Positions 12,830 through 58,324 of a stretch of 64,000 bases of DNA are shown here, in pieces (position 1 is the stretch's first letter; the number at the start of each line of letters is the position of its first letter). The translations under genes and the position numbers were made by a program. The notes under the pieces were generated by a model, which ran no database searches, was not told the origin of the DNA, and worked only from the letters and a program-made list of their open reading frames with translations. The stretch is from positions 62,001 to 126,000 of the forward strand of contig NIVC01002340.1 in the NCBI GenBank assembly GCA_002269645.1, read 5' to 3'. Origin of the DNA: Macrostomum lignano. Taxonomy: Eukaryota.

Positions 12830-13035
12830 ATTACAACCCAATACACACACTCCAAATAAACTTCCAAACCAATAAGCACCCAGCCCATAAACTTCCAAGC
12901 CAATACACACACCAAATAAACTTCCAACCCAATACACACACACCAAATAAACTTCCAAACCAATAAACACCCAGACCCTAAACTTCCAAACCCAATAAAC
13001 ACCCAATAAAACTCCTGTCCATACACACCCATTAA
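12830..13035. repeat. Degenerate A/C-rich tandem repeat
   Basis: Repeated caaataaacttccaaaccaatacacacac-type units. Confidence 0.8.
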
Positions 13036-13554
13036 CTTCTCTGCCAAAATACAAAATAACACAGTTAACGGAATTAAAACAAACCATGCCACTAGGTTAA
13101 CATACGAGTACTTCCATCTGTGGTTCTCCCCGCGGCGGGAGAATGTGACAGGGAAGGTCAATTGTGTAAAGAAACTCCCACGAACAGCATTTTTTCAATC
13201 ACTTGGCAACTCTTAAGTGCCGGCTATGCAGCTTTTTCAAAAGCATTCACGACGCAGCGACACAAAGTGCCATGCAGTTGCCAAGTTTGCCGGCAAAGAA
13301 CAGGCGAATCCCATTGACTCCCCTTCCCTGGTGATGCAGGAGAGCAGCTGGGATGCTAAAAGCCGCTAACTTGAGGGGGGGAGGAGGTCGCGGGGGTCTG
13401 CAGTGGTCAAGTCGAAGGAGACCCACCTTCGAGCCCACCATTTTCAGACAACTGTAGTAGGACTGGCTGCAGTTTTCCAGTTCCATCGGATTCATTTTTC
13501 CATTTTTTTGCTATTTGCTATATGACATTTGCTATAAAATGCTGTAACTCTTGG

Positions 13555-13915
13555 GGGGATTGCTGAGATGTCAAGTCTTACGGGGGAATTGCTGCGATGC
13601 TAAGGCTTATGGGGGAATTGCTGAGATGCTAAGGCTTATGGGGGAATTGCTGAGATGCTAAGGATTACGGAGGAATTGCTGCGATGCTAAGGATTACGGA
13701 GGAATTGCTGCGATGCTAAGGCTTACGGGGGAATTGCTGAGATGCTAAGGATTACGGAGGAATTGCTAGATGCTAAGGCTTACGGGGGAATTGCTGCGAT
13801 GCTAAGGATTACGGGGCAATTGCTGAGATGCTAAGGCTTACGGGGGAATTGCTGCGATGCTAAGGATTATGGGGGAATTGCTAGATGCTAAGGCTTACGG
13901 AGGAATTGCTGAAAT
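13555..13915. repeat. ~29-bp minisatellite (gatgctaaggcttacgggggaattgctga)
   Basis: About 12 visible tandem units; related to the 33960 array. Confidence 0.92.
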
Positions 13916-15099
13916 TCTGTGGCTCATGGGTGGGGCGGGGTAGCTGAGATGCCAAAGGTCAATTGGAAGTTATTGGTAAGTCAAAACCAAAGGTACTCGT
14001 AAATCAATTGGAGAGTAGGGATTAAGCCATGGCTTAAATTTAAAGTAAGGTTTTGATGCCGAAGCTCACAGGGAATGCTGGATAAATGTTTTTTTTGCTT
14101 TTTTAACATTATTTCCTTGAGATATTAACAACATCGACTGTACAAGGTCAAAACCTACATGTAGTTTATTCAAACAATGTCTCCCTTTCTTTGTTGTCTT
14201 TGTTGTTCTCCCCCTCCTCCCAGATTGCTATAGTCCTACACGTAAAATACTAAAAATGGTTTGTATCTTACATGTTAAGTAGGTAGGCATGTGATTGATT
14301 TCATTTTGTCTGAAAATGCGGGGTTCGGCAAAGAGTTGCTACCTTCAGTTCTGCTTCTAGGCCTCCAATGAATGGGTCAAGCTTAAGGCTTAATTAAAGT
14401 TTCTGCTAAGCCATGTGAATCGACCATTTTTACGCCAAAAAACTAAAAAGCAGATTTGAAAAGTGTTCCAACTTTTGCTTGTCTTCTTTTAGCTTCTATA
14501 TAGTCGGCCTCTCCAGCTAGTCGGGCATGTTTTACGCTAAGTATTCATCCGTGGCCCTCTCGCCCCCGCGAGTATATGTAGCTCCTTAACAACAACTGTC
14601 CGTCTGGTTCTATGCGATACCCCCGTGTCTATACCTGCGTATCCCGGCTGCGATGGGAACCCGACGAGGCAGGAAAGGAAGCATCATATGTTCCACGACG
14701 GCTTGCATCATAGGGGGGGGGGGCATGTCAAAAAATTAAAACCGACATTTTGCGTTCCATTTTAAATTCATCCGCAACCGACTCCAACGGCGAACTGTGG
14801 TGCACAAGAAGGTATGCGAATTCTTTGAAAGTCTCCGTTTCTGACAGTAATATAGCAATCAATTTTTGCCATGCACATATTTTCCCATCCGATTGTTAAT
14901 TTTGAAAAAAAAACACTTTTAATCCCATTTAATCCCGTTCTTTAAATGTCTAACTAACAGAAACTGAGGACTGGAAAAGGATCTATACATTTTAATAGAT
15001 CCAATCCCTTAAGTTTCAGTACAAATCCCATTTTCATGATCCTAATATCGAGCCAATCCCCCTGGTTTAAATCTTATCCAGATCCCTTTCTATCCTTGA

Positions 15100-15385
15100 C
15101 CAGATCCCTTTTTAATTGCAGCACTGATCCCATCTCTCTGATCCTATGTTATAGTTCCCATCTGATCATAAGCACAGATTCCATCTGATCATAAGTTCAG
15201 ATTCCATCTGATCATAAACAGATCCCATCTCTCCGATCATAAGTTCAGATCCCAGTTGATCATATAAGCTCAGATCCCATCTCTCCGATCATAAGTACAG
15301 ATTCCATCTGGTCATAAATATGTACAGATTCCATCTGATCATAAGTTCAGATCCCATCTCTCCGATCATAAGTACATGTACAAAT
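15100..15385. repeat. Degenerate agatcccatctgatcataagttc tandem repeat
   Basis: Several imperfect tandem copies. Confidence 0.75.
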
Positions 15386-16629
15386 CTCATCAATGCCACG
15401 AGACACGAAACCGGATGCTATCAATGCTTATTCGAACTCAGTTAAGATAACCTTTGTGGCAGTCAGGTTTCGACTTCGTGTCATTTATAATTTGAGACTT
15501 CTCATTTAGTCATTGAAATTTAATTGCTTATGAAGACAAGTAATCATATAAAAATGCAGCATACGAGCGTAGCAACGATTAGAAAAAAATAAAAAAATCG
15601 AATATGCAAATTATGAGGTAACGGCATAAAAATTAAGTTTATTGCTGTCGATTTCTTTCAACGCAAACCGGAAAACGGTGTTTGTGGTCGTTTTTGTTGT
15701 TGTTAAGGCATTCGTTTTCATTTTCCCATCCCATGGTCCAAATGGGGTTGATGAAAATTGAGTTGGAGTTCGAACTTGATTCAGATGGTGGAGGCTTTTT
15801 TGATTTTTTACAATGGGATATTTGATCATTTCCAGATATTTAAGTTTTGCATCTCATTTTGAACTTGTTTCGTAAGTTATCTAAATTTAGCAAGCAATAA
15901 TCAATGCACCAGCTACGTACTAATATTAATTGATTGCTCGACAAAGTCACAAATGTAAAGTAATTGAGGCTGAAGGAATTGGGAAACGTAGCTTAATTAG
16001 GGAATTAAACAATCTTTCTGACGTCAATAGTAAAAACAAACTATGAATAGAGTTGATAACAGACTGAGACAGTGGAATGAGCGAAATAAAAAAGAACAGT
16101 CAGATTGGGAAGTCCGAATCTTTCTCACGGTTTGTGAGCAATGTACATCCCCCAGTCCCCTGTACAGATAATTTTAACTGCCTTAGATAGCAAGCCGAAG
16201 GGAGTTTGGGTTCAGTTCAGATGATAAAACGTTGCAAACTACAACCGAACCGACCCCCGTTCTCCCCCTTACCCTCTGCCAGCCAGCCAACCAGAACGCG
16301 CCGTCGGGGCCACCCCCAACCCCCGGCCCCTCTTCTAATTTTACAGCAGGGACCCCGCCGCTGCAGGCGAAAAAAGGACCCGACCGAAAGCTTGCCCCCC
16401 AAAATAGAGACAGAGAAAAATAAAAAAGCTTTGAACAAACCGGCCGCATAAAAAGTTCCCAGCGCGCCCGCTCTGTGAATTAAAAACACGGTCTCTCTCT
16501 CAATCTCAGCTCAGCCTACTTACAGATAGGAGAATGGACTCCTAAAAATCAAGACTTATATCGTGCTTATAAGAAGTAACCATTGACCAAGACCTTCTTC
16601 TAAAACTCACTACCGAAAAGTGAAAAAAG

Positions 16630-49241
<32,612 letters not shown>

Positions 49242-50267
49242 CAGGTTTCAACGTGGATTAACGTGCAGCGCTACCTGTGTAACTATAATTCGTTCCAATT
49301 GCTACTTTCTGCGCGTGCCTTGATAGCTTTGCTAAATTTTCACCCCAGCGTTTGGTCTTCCTAGTCCCTGATTAGCTAAACTGTATCGAATCTCGTCTCC
49401 CGCCCTCCGCCCCGTCGTGTCTGATTGGTTGGTCATTCTATTTTTAGAACATGAGTCATAGGGCGTCTGCGTTTAACCTTCTGCCCCTTTCTCGCGTCTG
49501 ATTGGCTGGCCGAATGCCGGGGTGTCAATGGCGGCCTGAGTTTTGTAATCTTCCTACTGAAATTTCCTTGAAATTGTATTGTTTTTCTCTACGAACTCCG
49601 CCTGTGCAATACAACTGACCCAACTGATCTGATGTAAATTATTTGATTGAAACTATATTGCACTGTTGAAACAATTCAAATATGAACTGCGCCGCAAATC
49701 TCCTTGCTTAACACTGCCCAGTTATGAGTTAAGCCTGTACAGAACTGCAATAACCGGCTTTACTTTCGCACGCAATCTTTTTAACCCCGTCTAACACTAT
49801 TATCTTTAACACTAACTTTACAATTTATATGCTTACGATAATTTTATCCAGTACACCTGCTTGATATATTTTGCAATTTTTTTTAATTTTCCTTCTAGTT
49901 TGTAGTTTTGCACACGTTGATTTTTTTAGTTTTTTTACGGCCGATTTCTCGTTATTGAATATTAACTTATGCGTGAGTGTTGAGTCCTGCTGGTGTGCGA
50001 GCGGCTTCAACACTCTAAAGGCTTTTTCAGACGCTCGTATTTTCTTGAGTCGACGATGCAAAGACACCGTTTTTAAAATCAGAACTGCTGCAGTGTAACA
50101 GCTTAGTTACCCTTAGCCTAATTTATCGTTTAGTGCAACATGCTTCTGTTTTTATATAAATTTGCTACTGCCAGTTTTTGAAATATACTAATTTGATATC
50201 ATCGCATTTTGGTACAATGATAATCTCTGCTATCAAACCGTCTTATTAACCTGCAAACATATTATAC

Positions 50268-50289
50268 TGTAGTAGTAGTAGTAGTAGTG

Positions 50290-50385
<96 letters not shown>

Positions 50386-50407
50386 TAGTAGTAGAGGTAG
50401 TGTTAGC

Positions 50408-50448
<41 letters not shown>

Positions 50449-50460
50449 TAGAGGTAGTGT

Positions 50461-50508
<48 letters not shown>

Positions 50509-50539
50509 TAGTAGTAGTGGTAGTAGAGGTAGTGTTAGC

Positions 50540-50580
<41 letters not shown>

Positions 50581-50592
50581 TAGAGGTAGTGT

Positions 50593-50643
<51 letters not shown>

Positions 50644-50655
50644 TAGAGGTAGTGT

Positions 50656-50706
<51 letters not shown>

Positions 50707-51180
50707 TAGTAGTAGTGGTAGTAGAGGTAGTGTTAGTAGTAGTAGTAGTAGTAGTAGTGGTAGTAGTAGTAGTGGTAGTAGAGGTAGTGTTAGTAGTAGT
50801 AGTAGTAGTAGTAGTGGTAGTAGTAGTAGTGGTAGTAGAGGTAGTGTTAGTAGTAGTAGTAGTAGTAGTGGTAGTAGAGGTAGTGTTAGTAGTAGTAGTA
50901 GTAGTAGTGGTAGTAGAGGTAGTGTTAGTAGTAGTAGTAGTGGTAGTAGTAGTAGTGGTAGTAGAGGTAGTGTTAGTAGTAGTAGTGGTAGTAGAGGTAG
51001 TGTTAGTAGTAGTAGTAGTAGTAGTGGTAGTAGAGGTAGTGTTAGTAGTAGTAGTAGTGGTAGTAGTAGTAGTGGTAGTAGAGGTAGTGTTAGTAGTAGT
51101 AGTGGTAGTAGAGGTAGTGTTAGTAGTAGTAGTAGTAGTAGTAGCAGCAGCAGTAATATTAGTAGTAGTAGTACGAGTAG
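50268..51180. repeat. (GTA)n microsatellite with recurrent gtggtagtagaggtagtgtta interruptions
   Basis: Directly visible; source of the poly-Val ORF. Confidence 0.98.
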
Positions 51181-52386
51181 CTGACAGCTGACCTGCGTGA
51201 GTGCACGCAGTTCATCTCGTCGGAGTTCTCCCGAACTGAGCAGAGTTTCTAATCAGAATTCTTGTAGCCAGCCGGTGCGCGGCGGTGCTCAGGATAATGT
51301 CCAGAAAAATGCGTTGCTTTTTCGCACAGTTAATCTCATTATAAATGACACAAGAAGATAAGTTTAAGGCAGGTTTTATTAGCAGGAAAATACTACAAAT
51401 AGCAGGTAGCAGCTACTCAGAAGCAATGACAGGCCACGATGGAGCAGTGTATTTCTTCACAAAATTTGATTCGCACTGTTGCAACAAAATAGTAGTTATG
51501 CGCGTGAAAATTCAAGACAGACTTAAGTGGAAAGACGGGAAAAAAAAGTGGAAAGACGGGAAAAAACTTTTCTATTTAAGATACTAGAAATTTAGAAACT
51601 AACAACTAGACTCTTTCGTGCATAGGCAAGTCAGCCTTCAATTCCAAGAAGCGAATATTCCCGTCCTTGCCGCAGTTGAACTTGAATCGTCCTTGGTGCA
51701 AAACGTGGTCCAATGAGATAGAACTGATTATTGCCACAAACAGTGCCGAGTCAAACTATTCAATCAGAATTACATTTAAGTTAGTGGAAAGCTCAGGATT
51801 TAGTAAAGCAACAAAAATGCATTAATTAAGTATGAGTAAGCCAATTATAGTACTTGCCTACCTGCCTTTTCTCTATTCGGTTTTAGGTTAGTGATGAAAG
51901 TAGGCAATAATAATTAGAAAGAATAGAATATATCTGAATAATAAAATTACAAAGTGTACAATTTAAGTGTTTATAAATTGGTGAATGAACAATAGATGGC
52001 AAAAATTAATAGACCAATCATGATACTAATGAGGTTGTTTGTACAAGTACACAGTAATGCATCGGGAAACTGAAGAAAGTTCGCTACATAGAACTCAGCG
52101 CATTTGCTTATAAACTACTTTCAGTTCAGTAGGTAAGTTGAAAAAAAAGTGTTTTAATGTATTTAACGACAAGACACATCATTGAGCAGTCTTAACCCTT
52201 CGACTACGCATTTTCTTTGGCCAATTCTTAATGCCCCTTCCTCGGCGTCATAAATCACATTGAAAAACTGACTTAATTTTTATAAAATAGCTTACACATT
52301 CTTCCATACTACTGAACTGAAAGTAGGGAAACTGAATATGCCAAATAAATGAATGCAAATTTTTATTATTAAATCAAGCCTGGAAG

Positions 52387-53505
52387 TCAAGTCCGCTCGC
52401 GAACTTTGGCTCTGATGTTAGTGAAGTACTTTAAACGATAGGTGAGCTCCTTAGCCAGCGAGAGATCGTTAGCGTCATCAAATGCCTTGGCCAGTTCCTC
52501 AGTAAGAGACGCCGTGTCAGCTTCCACTCGATCAGCGATGCTGCCAATGGAGCTGTGGTCGGCCTCCATCAGAGCCTCGTTGAGTTCCAGCATTTCGGAC
52601 AGGAACTCCTGCGGCAGGGACAGGTCGCCGCCGTCTGCCGACCGGCCACTGCCAGTCTCCTCCGTTGGCATGGCAACGCCGCGAAGGCTGAGCAGGTAGA
52701 CGGCGCGGAGCACGGGATCGGCTAGGCAGCGGTAGGCTGAGTTCACCCGGGCGGATTGTTGCTGGGCGAGACTGCGCTCCTGGGGGGGGCATTTGAAGGT
52801 GAGAGGACCTGATTCTCATAGACTACTAGACTGATTGCCATAGAGACAACTGGTCATCAGGTTGGTAGTATGAAATGATTAGCCATACTAAACACAGGTT
52901 ATGCGGTTATCACTATGTGAAAACCCTGATTAGATAATGGTTGCCATGGTAACCCTGATTAGATACTGGTTGCCATGGTAACCCCGATTAGATACTGGTT
53001 GCCATGGTAGCCCTACTTAGATACTGGGTGCCATGACAACAGTTGCTGCAGAACTGACCTCATCACTAGCGCTGGCAAATTTATCGGGATGCAGCTGCCA
53101 CTGCAGCTGACGCATCGCGGTAGCCAATTTGGTCAAATCCACGCGATACTTCGGCTCCGCCTGCGGGCCAAACAGCAGCCGATAGTGATCGCAACTGGAG
53201 GCCTCGTCAGGCGCTTGAATCGCGCCGCAGGCGGCACAGAACAGACCGCCCGCATCGCCGCCAGCCGGTTGAGAGCATTTCCAACACTTGCCGCCGCCGG
53301 CAGTACAGAAGCTTCGCCGAATTGACGACGCGCCAATCGTTATCGGCGGCAACATCAAAGGCGGCGGCCGGGTATTTGATAACACAGATACAGCGCTAGC
53401 CGCCGACGGCAGGATAAAAGCGGCGGACAGTTTAATTGGAGACGGATTTTTAGCCGCCGAGGCCAACCGACCCAGCGCAGCCGAAGCGGCCCGCCCGGGC
53501 GTCAT
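52387..53505 (-). CDS. HSCB: Mitochondrial Fe-S cluster co-chaperone HscB/HSC20; exons 53505-53059 and 52779-52387; ~279 aa
   Basis: CWKC...FCAAC Zn motif, J-domain LHPDKF, SARVNSAYRCL, FLSEMLELNE, C-terminal LKYFTNI. Phase-0 GT-AG intron. Confidence 0.93.
52915..53040. promoter_or_regulatory. 29-bp tandem repeat carrying RFX X-box motifs in the HSCB intron
   Basis: GTTGCCATGGTAAC at 52940-52953 and 52969-52982; variants at 52998-53011 and 53027-53040. Confidence 0.5.
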
Positions 53506-54319
53506 GCTGAGATCAATTAAAATGCGGCTATTATCGATACTAATCAATTATTGCTAATTGCTGAGTCATATAGTTGGCGCAATTAAGGCTCATTAAAGAT
53601 AAGAAAGGTGTTTTCAGTTACAGTAATTATAATATGATAATTGCAGGACTGCGAGCTCCTAGCGTTGAGGCAAATCTGCAGAGCCATTCCGCTAACGCAG
53701 ACAGGCTCTCATTCACAAGGTGCCTAGGATTATTGTATTAAAATGTTGCAAATTGAAGACAAAATAAGAGTTAGTTCTCAGCAAAATGTTTGTCCGCCTT
53801 AAGACGAGACAAAATTAAAGCAGTGCATTTTATTGATTAATAATTTTTTAGAATTTCTAAAGATTGCAGTATAAATAATTTGTCCTAACATTAGCACTAA
53901 TAACAGACACGCAGGCACAATTATGAATTTAGCTAACAAATCGTATTTTTCCTCAAACATAAATTGCAACACAAGCAAGCATGCGACAGCCACAAAATGC
54001 CGAGCCTAATGCGCTGAATCTACAAATAAAAATCATCTACAGACAGCTAGAATAAACAATTTCGAGTAGCTTAAAATGCTATACCTTTTTTCTAACGTCC
54101 TTAGCGAAACGATTTAGCTAGTCTGTTACTTTAAGCAAGGGCTTTTGACCTCTTCGGTTTGGATTGGAAGACACGAGAAACATGAGCAAATTGCACCTTT
54201 ATTTTGTACAAAAAGACTCGATTCTCGATCGCTAACCTTTATTTATTTGTTGCATTTTAATTAAAGGACGTATTAAACATCATAGCATTCTAGGCTACTG
54301 AAACGCAGTTGCTTAAGCA

Positions 54320-57044
54320 TCAGGAAGCGGACGGGGAACCGGAAGCGGAACCGGAAGCAGCATTTCCGGTCCGTTGGCGAGCCTCCTGAATTGAATAGCC
54401 GTACCGAGCGCCGTCAATGATAAAGCGATCGCAATCGGAGCGGAAAGATTTTAAAGAGGCCGGAATCCGACCGAACGGCTCCAGATCAGCGTAGCAACGA
54501 TCGAACACGCGCTCGATTGCCGCCTCGCCTTCCGGCCGGCTGATCTGACGGGCCGCCAGTACCGACATGAGCGCCTTGGATTTTACGCAGTGCTGATGCT
54601 GACCAGCGTAGTTGAACATGCCCGTGTAGCCTTCCATTTTGGCGGCGCCTAGCATGCAGTGGTTCAAGCTGGCGGCGCGGATCTGAGAGGGGGAGGAGGC
54701 GGCGGCTGGTTGCGAGGAGCATTTTGGAGAGTAGGTTTGTCGGGGGAAGACACTCCCGCATTGTCTATGGGACTAGGGTCTATAGCGGGAAGACACCCCG
54801 CATTGTCTATGGGACTAGGGTCTCTAGCGGGAAGACACCCCGCATTGTCTATGGGACTAGGGTTTCTAGCGGGAAGACACCCCGCATTGTCTATGGGACT
54901 AGGGTCTCTAGCGGGAAGACACCCCGCATTGTCTATGGGACTAGGGTCTATAGCGGGAAGACACCCCGCATTGTCTATGGGACTAGGGTCTCTAGCGGGA
55001 AGACACCCCGCATTGTCTATGGGACTAGGGTCTCTAGCGGGAAGACACCCCGCATTGTCTATGGGACTAGGGTCTCTAGCGGGAAGACACCCCGCATTGT
55101 CTATGGGACTAGGGTCTGTTGCAAAAAGACACGCACTTTAGACTTGCGCCGTAACTGCACTTGCCACTTGCCAGAATCAAAGGCAGCAAAACCCACCTCA
55201 GTACAGGCCAGCCTATCAAGCGACTCATTTGGCTCCTTAGCTTCCTCGTCGGCACCTTTGAACATGACAGCTCGACAGTCGTCGAAAGCGTGAATTAACT
55301 CGTGTCGAAGCACGCTGCAAATGCCCGGCTTAGCCCAGAATTCGTTCTCGCAGACGGCCACCTGGAAATGAAGGTTTTTATAAAAATGTTAAAGCCCGGC
55401 TATAATTAGCTTGAATACAAGGTACACTTTAGGTTCTTTGTCAGAACCCTGGTGCCATTCGGCCATCCTAGTCCTAAAGCCTCGACGCTAAATAAAAGTC
55501 TAGGTGACAATTGACAGTTGGCATCACGAAAATTTGTGCGAGACTTTTAGGGGGTTGTACCCGAGGGGGTTGTAGCCTAGGAGGTTAGAGCGTCGGACTC
55601 CAGACTGAAAGGTCGAGGGTTCGATTCCCGACCCACTCGGAACAATTTGTCCTTGAACAAGGCACTTAACTCTACATTGGTTCAGTTCACTCAGCTGTAA
55701 AATGGGTGCCAGAATTAGCACTGAACAGCCGTACGCATGGCAGCCTTCAGATGCGCCGCGCAATGGCTGCGGCTGAGCTGTCGGTTGCGCATCTGGCCCA
55801 ATTGAGGCAGGTGTAATCAATTATTATTGTTACATGTATTGAGACTTTAGCGCCAATTTAGCGCCACAGGTCAGACTTAAGCGCCTCAGGTAAGACTTAA
55901 GCGCCACAGGTGAGACTTCAGCGCCAATTTAGCGCCACAGGTGAGACTCTAGCGCCAATTTAGCGCCTCAGGTGAGACTTCAGCGCCAATTTAGCGCCAC
56001 AGGTGAGACTCTAGCGCCAATTTAGCGCCACAGGTGAGACTCTAGCGCCAATTTAGCGCCACAGGTGAGACTCTAGCGCCAATTTAGCGCCACAGGTGAG
56101 ACTCTAGCGCCAATTTAGCGCCACAGGTGAGACTCTAGCGCCAATTTAGCGCCACAGGTGAGACTCTAGCGCCAATTTAGCGCCACAGGTGAGACTTCAG
56201 CGCCAATTTAGCGCCTCAGGTCAGACTTTAGCGCCAATTTAGCGCCACAGGTCAGACTTTAGCGCCAATTTAGCGCCACAGGTCAGACTTAAGCGCCTCA
56301 GGTAAGACTTAAGCGCCACAGGTGAGACTTCAGCGGCTCAGCGCCAATTTAGCGCCACAGGTGAGACTTCAGCACAAATTTAGCGCCACAGGTGAGACTT
56401 TAGCGCCACAGGTGAGACTTTAGCGCCACAGGTGAGACTTTAGCGCCAATTTAGCGCCAGAGGTGAGACTTTAGCGCCAATTTAGCGCCACAGGTCAGAC
56501 TCTAGCGCCAATTTAGCGCCACAGGTCAGACTTAAGCGCAAATTTAGCGCCACAGGTGAGACTTTAGCGCCAATTTAGCGCTACAGGTGAGACTTTAGCG
56601 CCACAGGTGACTTAAGCGCCGATTTAATGCCGCAGGTGTGATTTTTTCCGGTCAGGGAACATTCAGGGAAGTAATTCAGACAAGTAAACACACAAACTAC
56701 TCAACCTGTTTCCTCATAGGATCGTAGCCGCCGCTAAAGCTGAACCGGCACCGTTCGCAGGAGACATTTCTCGACAGTGTAAAACTGCAGCCGCGACTTC
56801 GAATAGCCACAATTAAGTAGCGAATAAACGGATCCGTCATCGAGCAGTCCAGCACGTTTTTTAAGCATCGATTGTGGCGCCAGGCGCGAAAGCCGATAAA
56901 CCTGGCCGGCGCTTTGTAATCGGCGCCAGGGTCGCGTTTGGGGAACACGGAGTAGCCGTAATCTTCAGACGATGGGGCCGACTTGGACGCTGATGATTCA
57001 TCCGCTGCTGTTGACGCCGAAGACGGCTGACGCTCTGAAGGCAT
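54320..57044 (-). CDS. ATP23: Mitochondrial inner-membrane peptidase ATP23; exons 57044-56706, 55361-55197, 54682-54320; ~288 aa
   Basis: VSCERC...SGGYDP, LRHELIHAFD (HEXXH), LACTE|IRAA, HQHCVKSKA, VFDRCYADLEPF. Both introns are phase 0, GT-AG. Confidence 0.93.
54745..55115. repeat. 42-bp minisatellite in ATP23 intron 2
   Basis: gcgggaagacaccccgcattgtctatgggactagggtctcta, about 9 copies. Confidence 0.96.
55565..55832 (+). mobile_element. tRNA-derived SINE family A (CORE-like), near full length
   Basis: Box A tagcctaggagg, box B ggttcgattccc, CORE-like gtccttgaacaaggcacttaac...cagctgtaaaatggg, (TTA)-type tail. Confidence 0.85.
55845..56630. repeat. ~31-bp minisatellite in ATP23 intron 1 (tttagcgccaatttagcgccacaggtgagac)
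   Basis: About 25 copies. Confidence 0.96.
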
Positions 57045-57274
57045 CGCTGGAAATTTTGATTTTCATCAGGTGAAAGGCCGACAAAGAGTTCACTTTATAG
57101 TCAATGCAAAGCCTTTTAAACACGCACAAAATACACACTACATGTAATTGCTATCTTAAGCTTAATCCAGTATTCAGTACGCACGAAGGAATATGTTGAT
57201 AGGCTGTAGGGGATCTAAATCTCTTAAGCTCTATATAGTGACTTTATACTGTCCATTAGGCTCTATATTAAATA

Positions 57275-57567
57275 ATAATAATAACTGATTACACCTGCCT
57301 CAATTGGGCTAGGTGTGCCACCGACAGCTCAGCCGCAGCTATTGCATCTGAAGGCTGCGTACGGCTGTTCAGTCCAAGGACTGGGGGGTCGCCACACACA
57401 GCCTCAATTACCCCAGCTAATGCTGGCACCCATTTTACAGCTGGGTGAACTGAAGCAATGCAGAGTTGCTTTGCTGAAGGACACAGATTGTTCCAATGGG
57501 ATCGGGAATCGAACCCTCGACCTTCCAGTCGTGAGTCCGACGCTCTGACCACTAGACTACAACCACT
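57275..57567 (-). mobile_element. tRNA-derived SINE family A, full-length copy
   Basis: Reverse complement: gtggttgtagtctagtgg (box A)...gggttcgattccc (box B)...cagctgtaaaatgggtgcc...tcagttattattatt tail. Confidence 0.88.
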
Positions 57568-58324
57568 AGGCTCTATATATAGTGAGCTAAATCACCCAGA
57601 CTCTCTATAGCGACCTAAATACCCGAGGTTCCATATATAGTAACCTAAATCGATCAAGACTCTAATGGCCTAATACAATTATCTATTAAGCTTTGGCGAC
57701 CTAAAAATTTCCTAATTAAGCAAACCATAATGATACAAAAAGTTAAAAGAATTTATAGAAGAAGCGCCACACACTTTTACCAACACATTGAGCATACAAT
57801 ACTTTGTTTTAATGCAATTTGAGCAACAACACATTAATTACTCAAAATTAGGAAATCAGTCTGTTACAACAAAAAACAATTAAGCCGGATAATAGAAATT
57901 ACGCGTAGGCTTGAAAAAACTCAATAAAAAACAAAATAATAATAATGAGCTATATTCATATTCTAGCAACATTGTTTTTATTCTGCAAAGATGTTATTAA
58001 AGTAGAAACCTGAATACCTGCATAGATAGATGGTACGTCCCGACAGTAAAATACAAATGCAGATTCTCAATTATATTTGTCAATTTATTAATAACTAATT
58101 ATAGAATTCATAATAAGCTAAACACGCTACTGACAAGTAGCCAACCAAAGCATTTTTCTGAATACAAAACAAGAGAGAAATAACGATCGAGCATTGATTA
58201 GAGGTAGGAAAATACCAATTGGTTATGAACAAGAGTAAAAGACACTTAAATGATATGTTCAAAAAAGGTCATGGACATTCTAGGGGCTTTTAGGGGTACA
58301 TCTGAGCACGGTTTTTTAAGATTA

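Noticed and set aside
49355-49361. GY-box / miR-7 site (GTCTTCC) in the Notch 3' UTR
   Set aside because: A single 7-mer is compatible with chance and conservation cannot be assessed here.
50390-51120. About 15 let-7 seed matches (CTACCTC) on the minus strand of the (GTA)n array
   Set aside because: Such matches arise easily from a GTA-based repeat, and HSCB has an AATAAA about 20 nt after its stop, so the array is probably not in its 3' UTR.
55565-55640. tRNA gene (Trp-like anticodon loop); likewise 57495-57567 and 59985-60056
   Set aside because: Stems are imperfect, the loop differs between copies, and each head continues into a shared SINE body.
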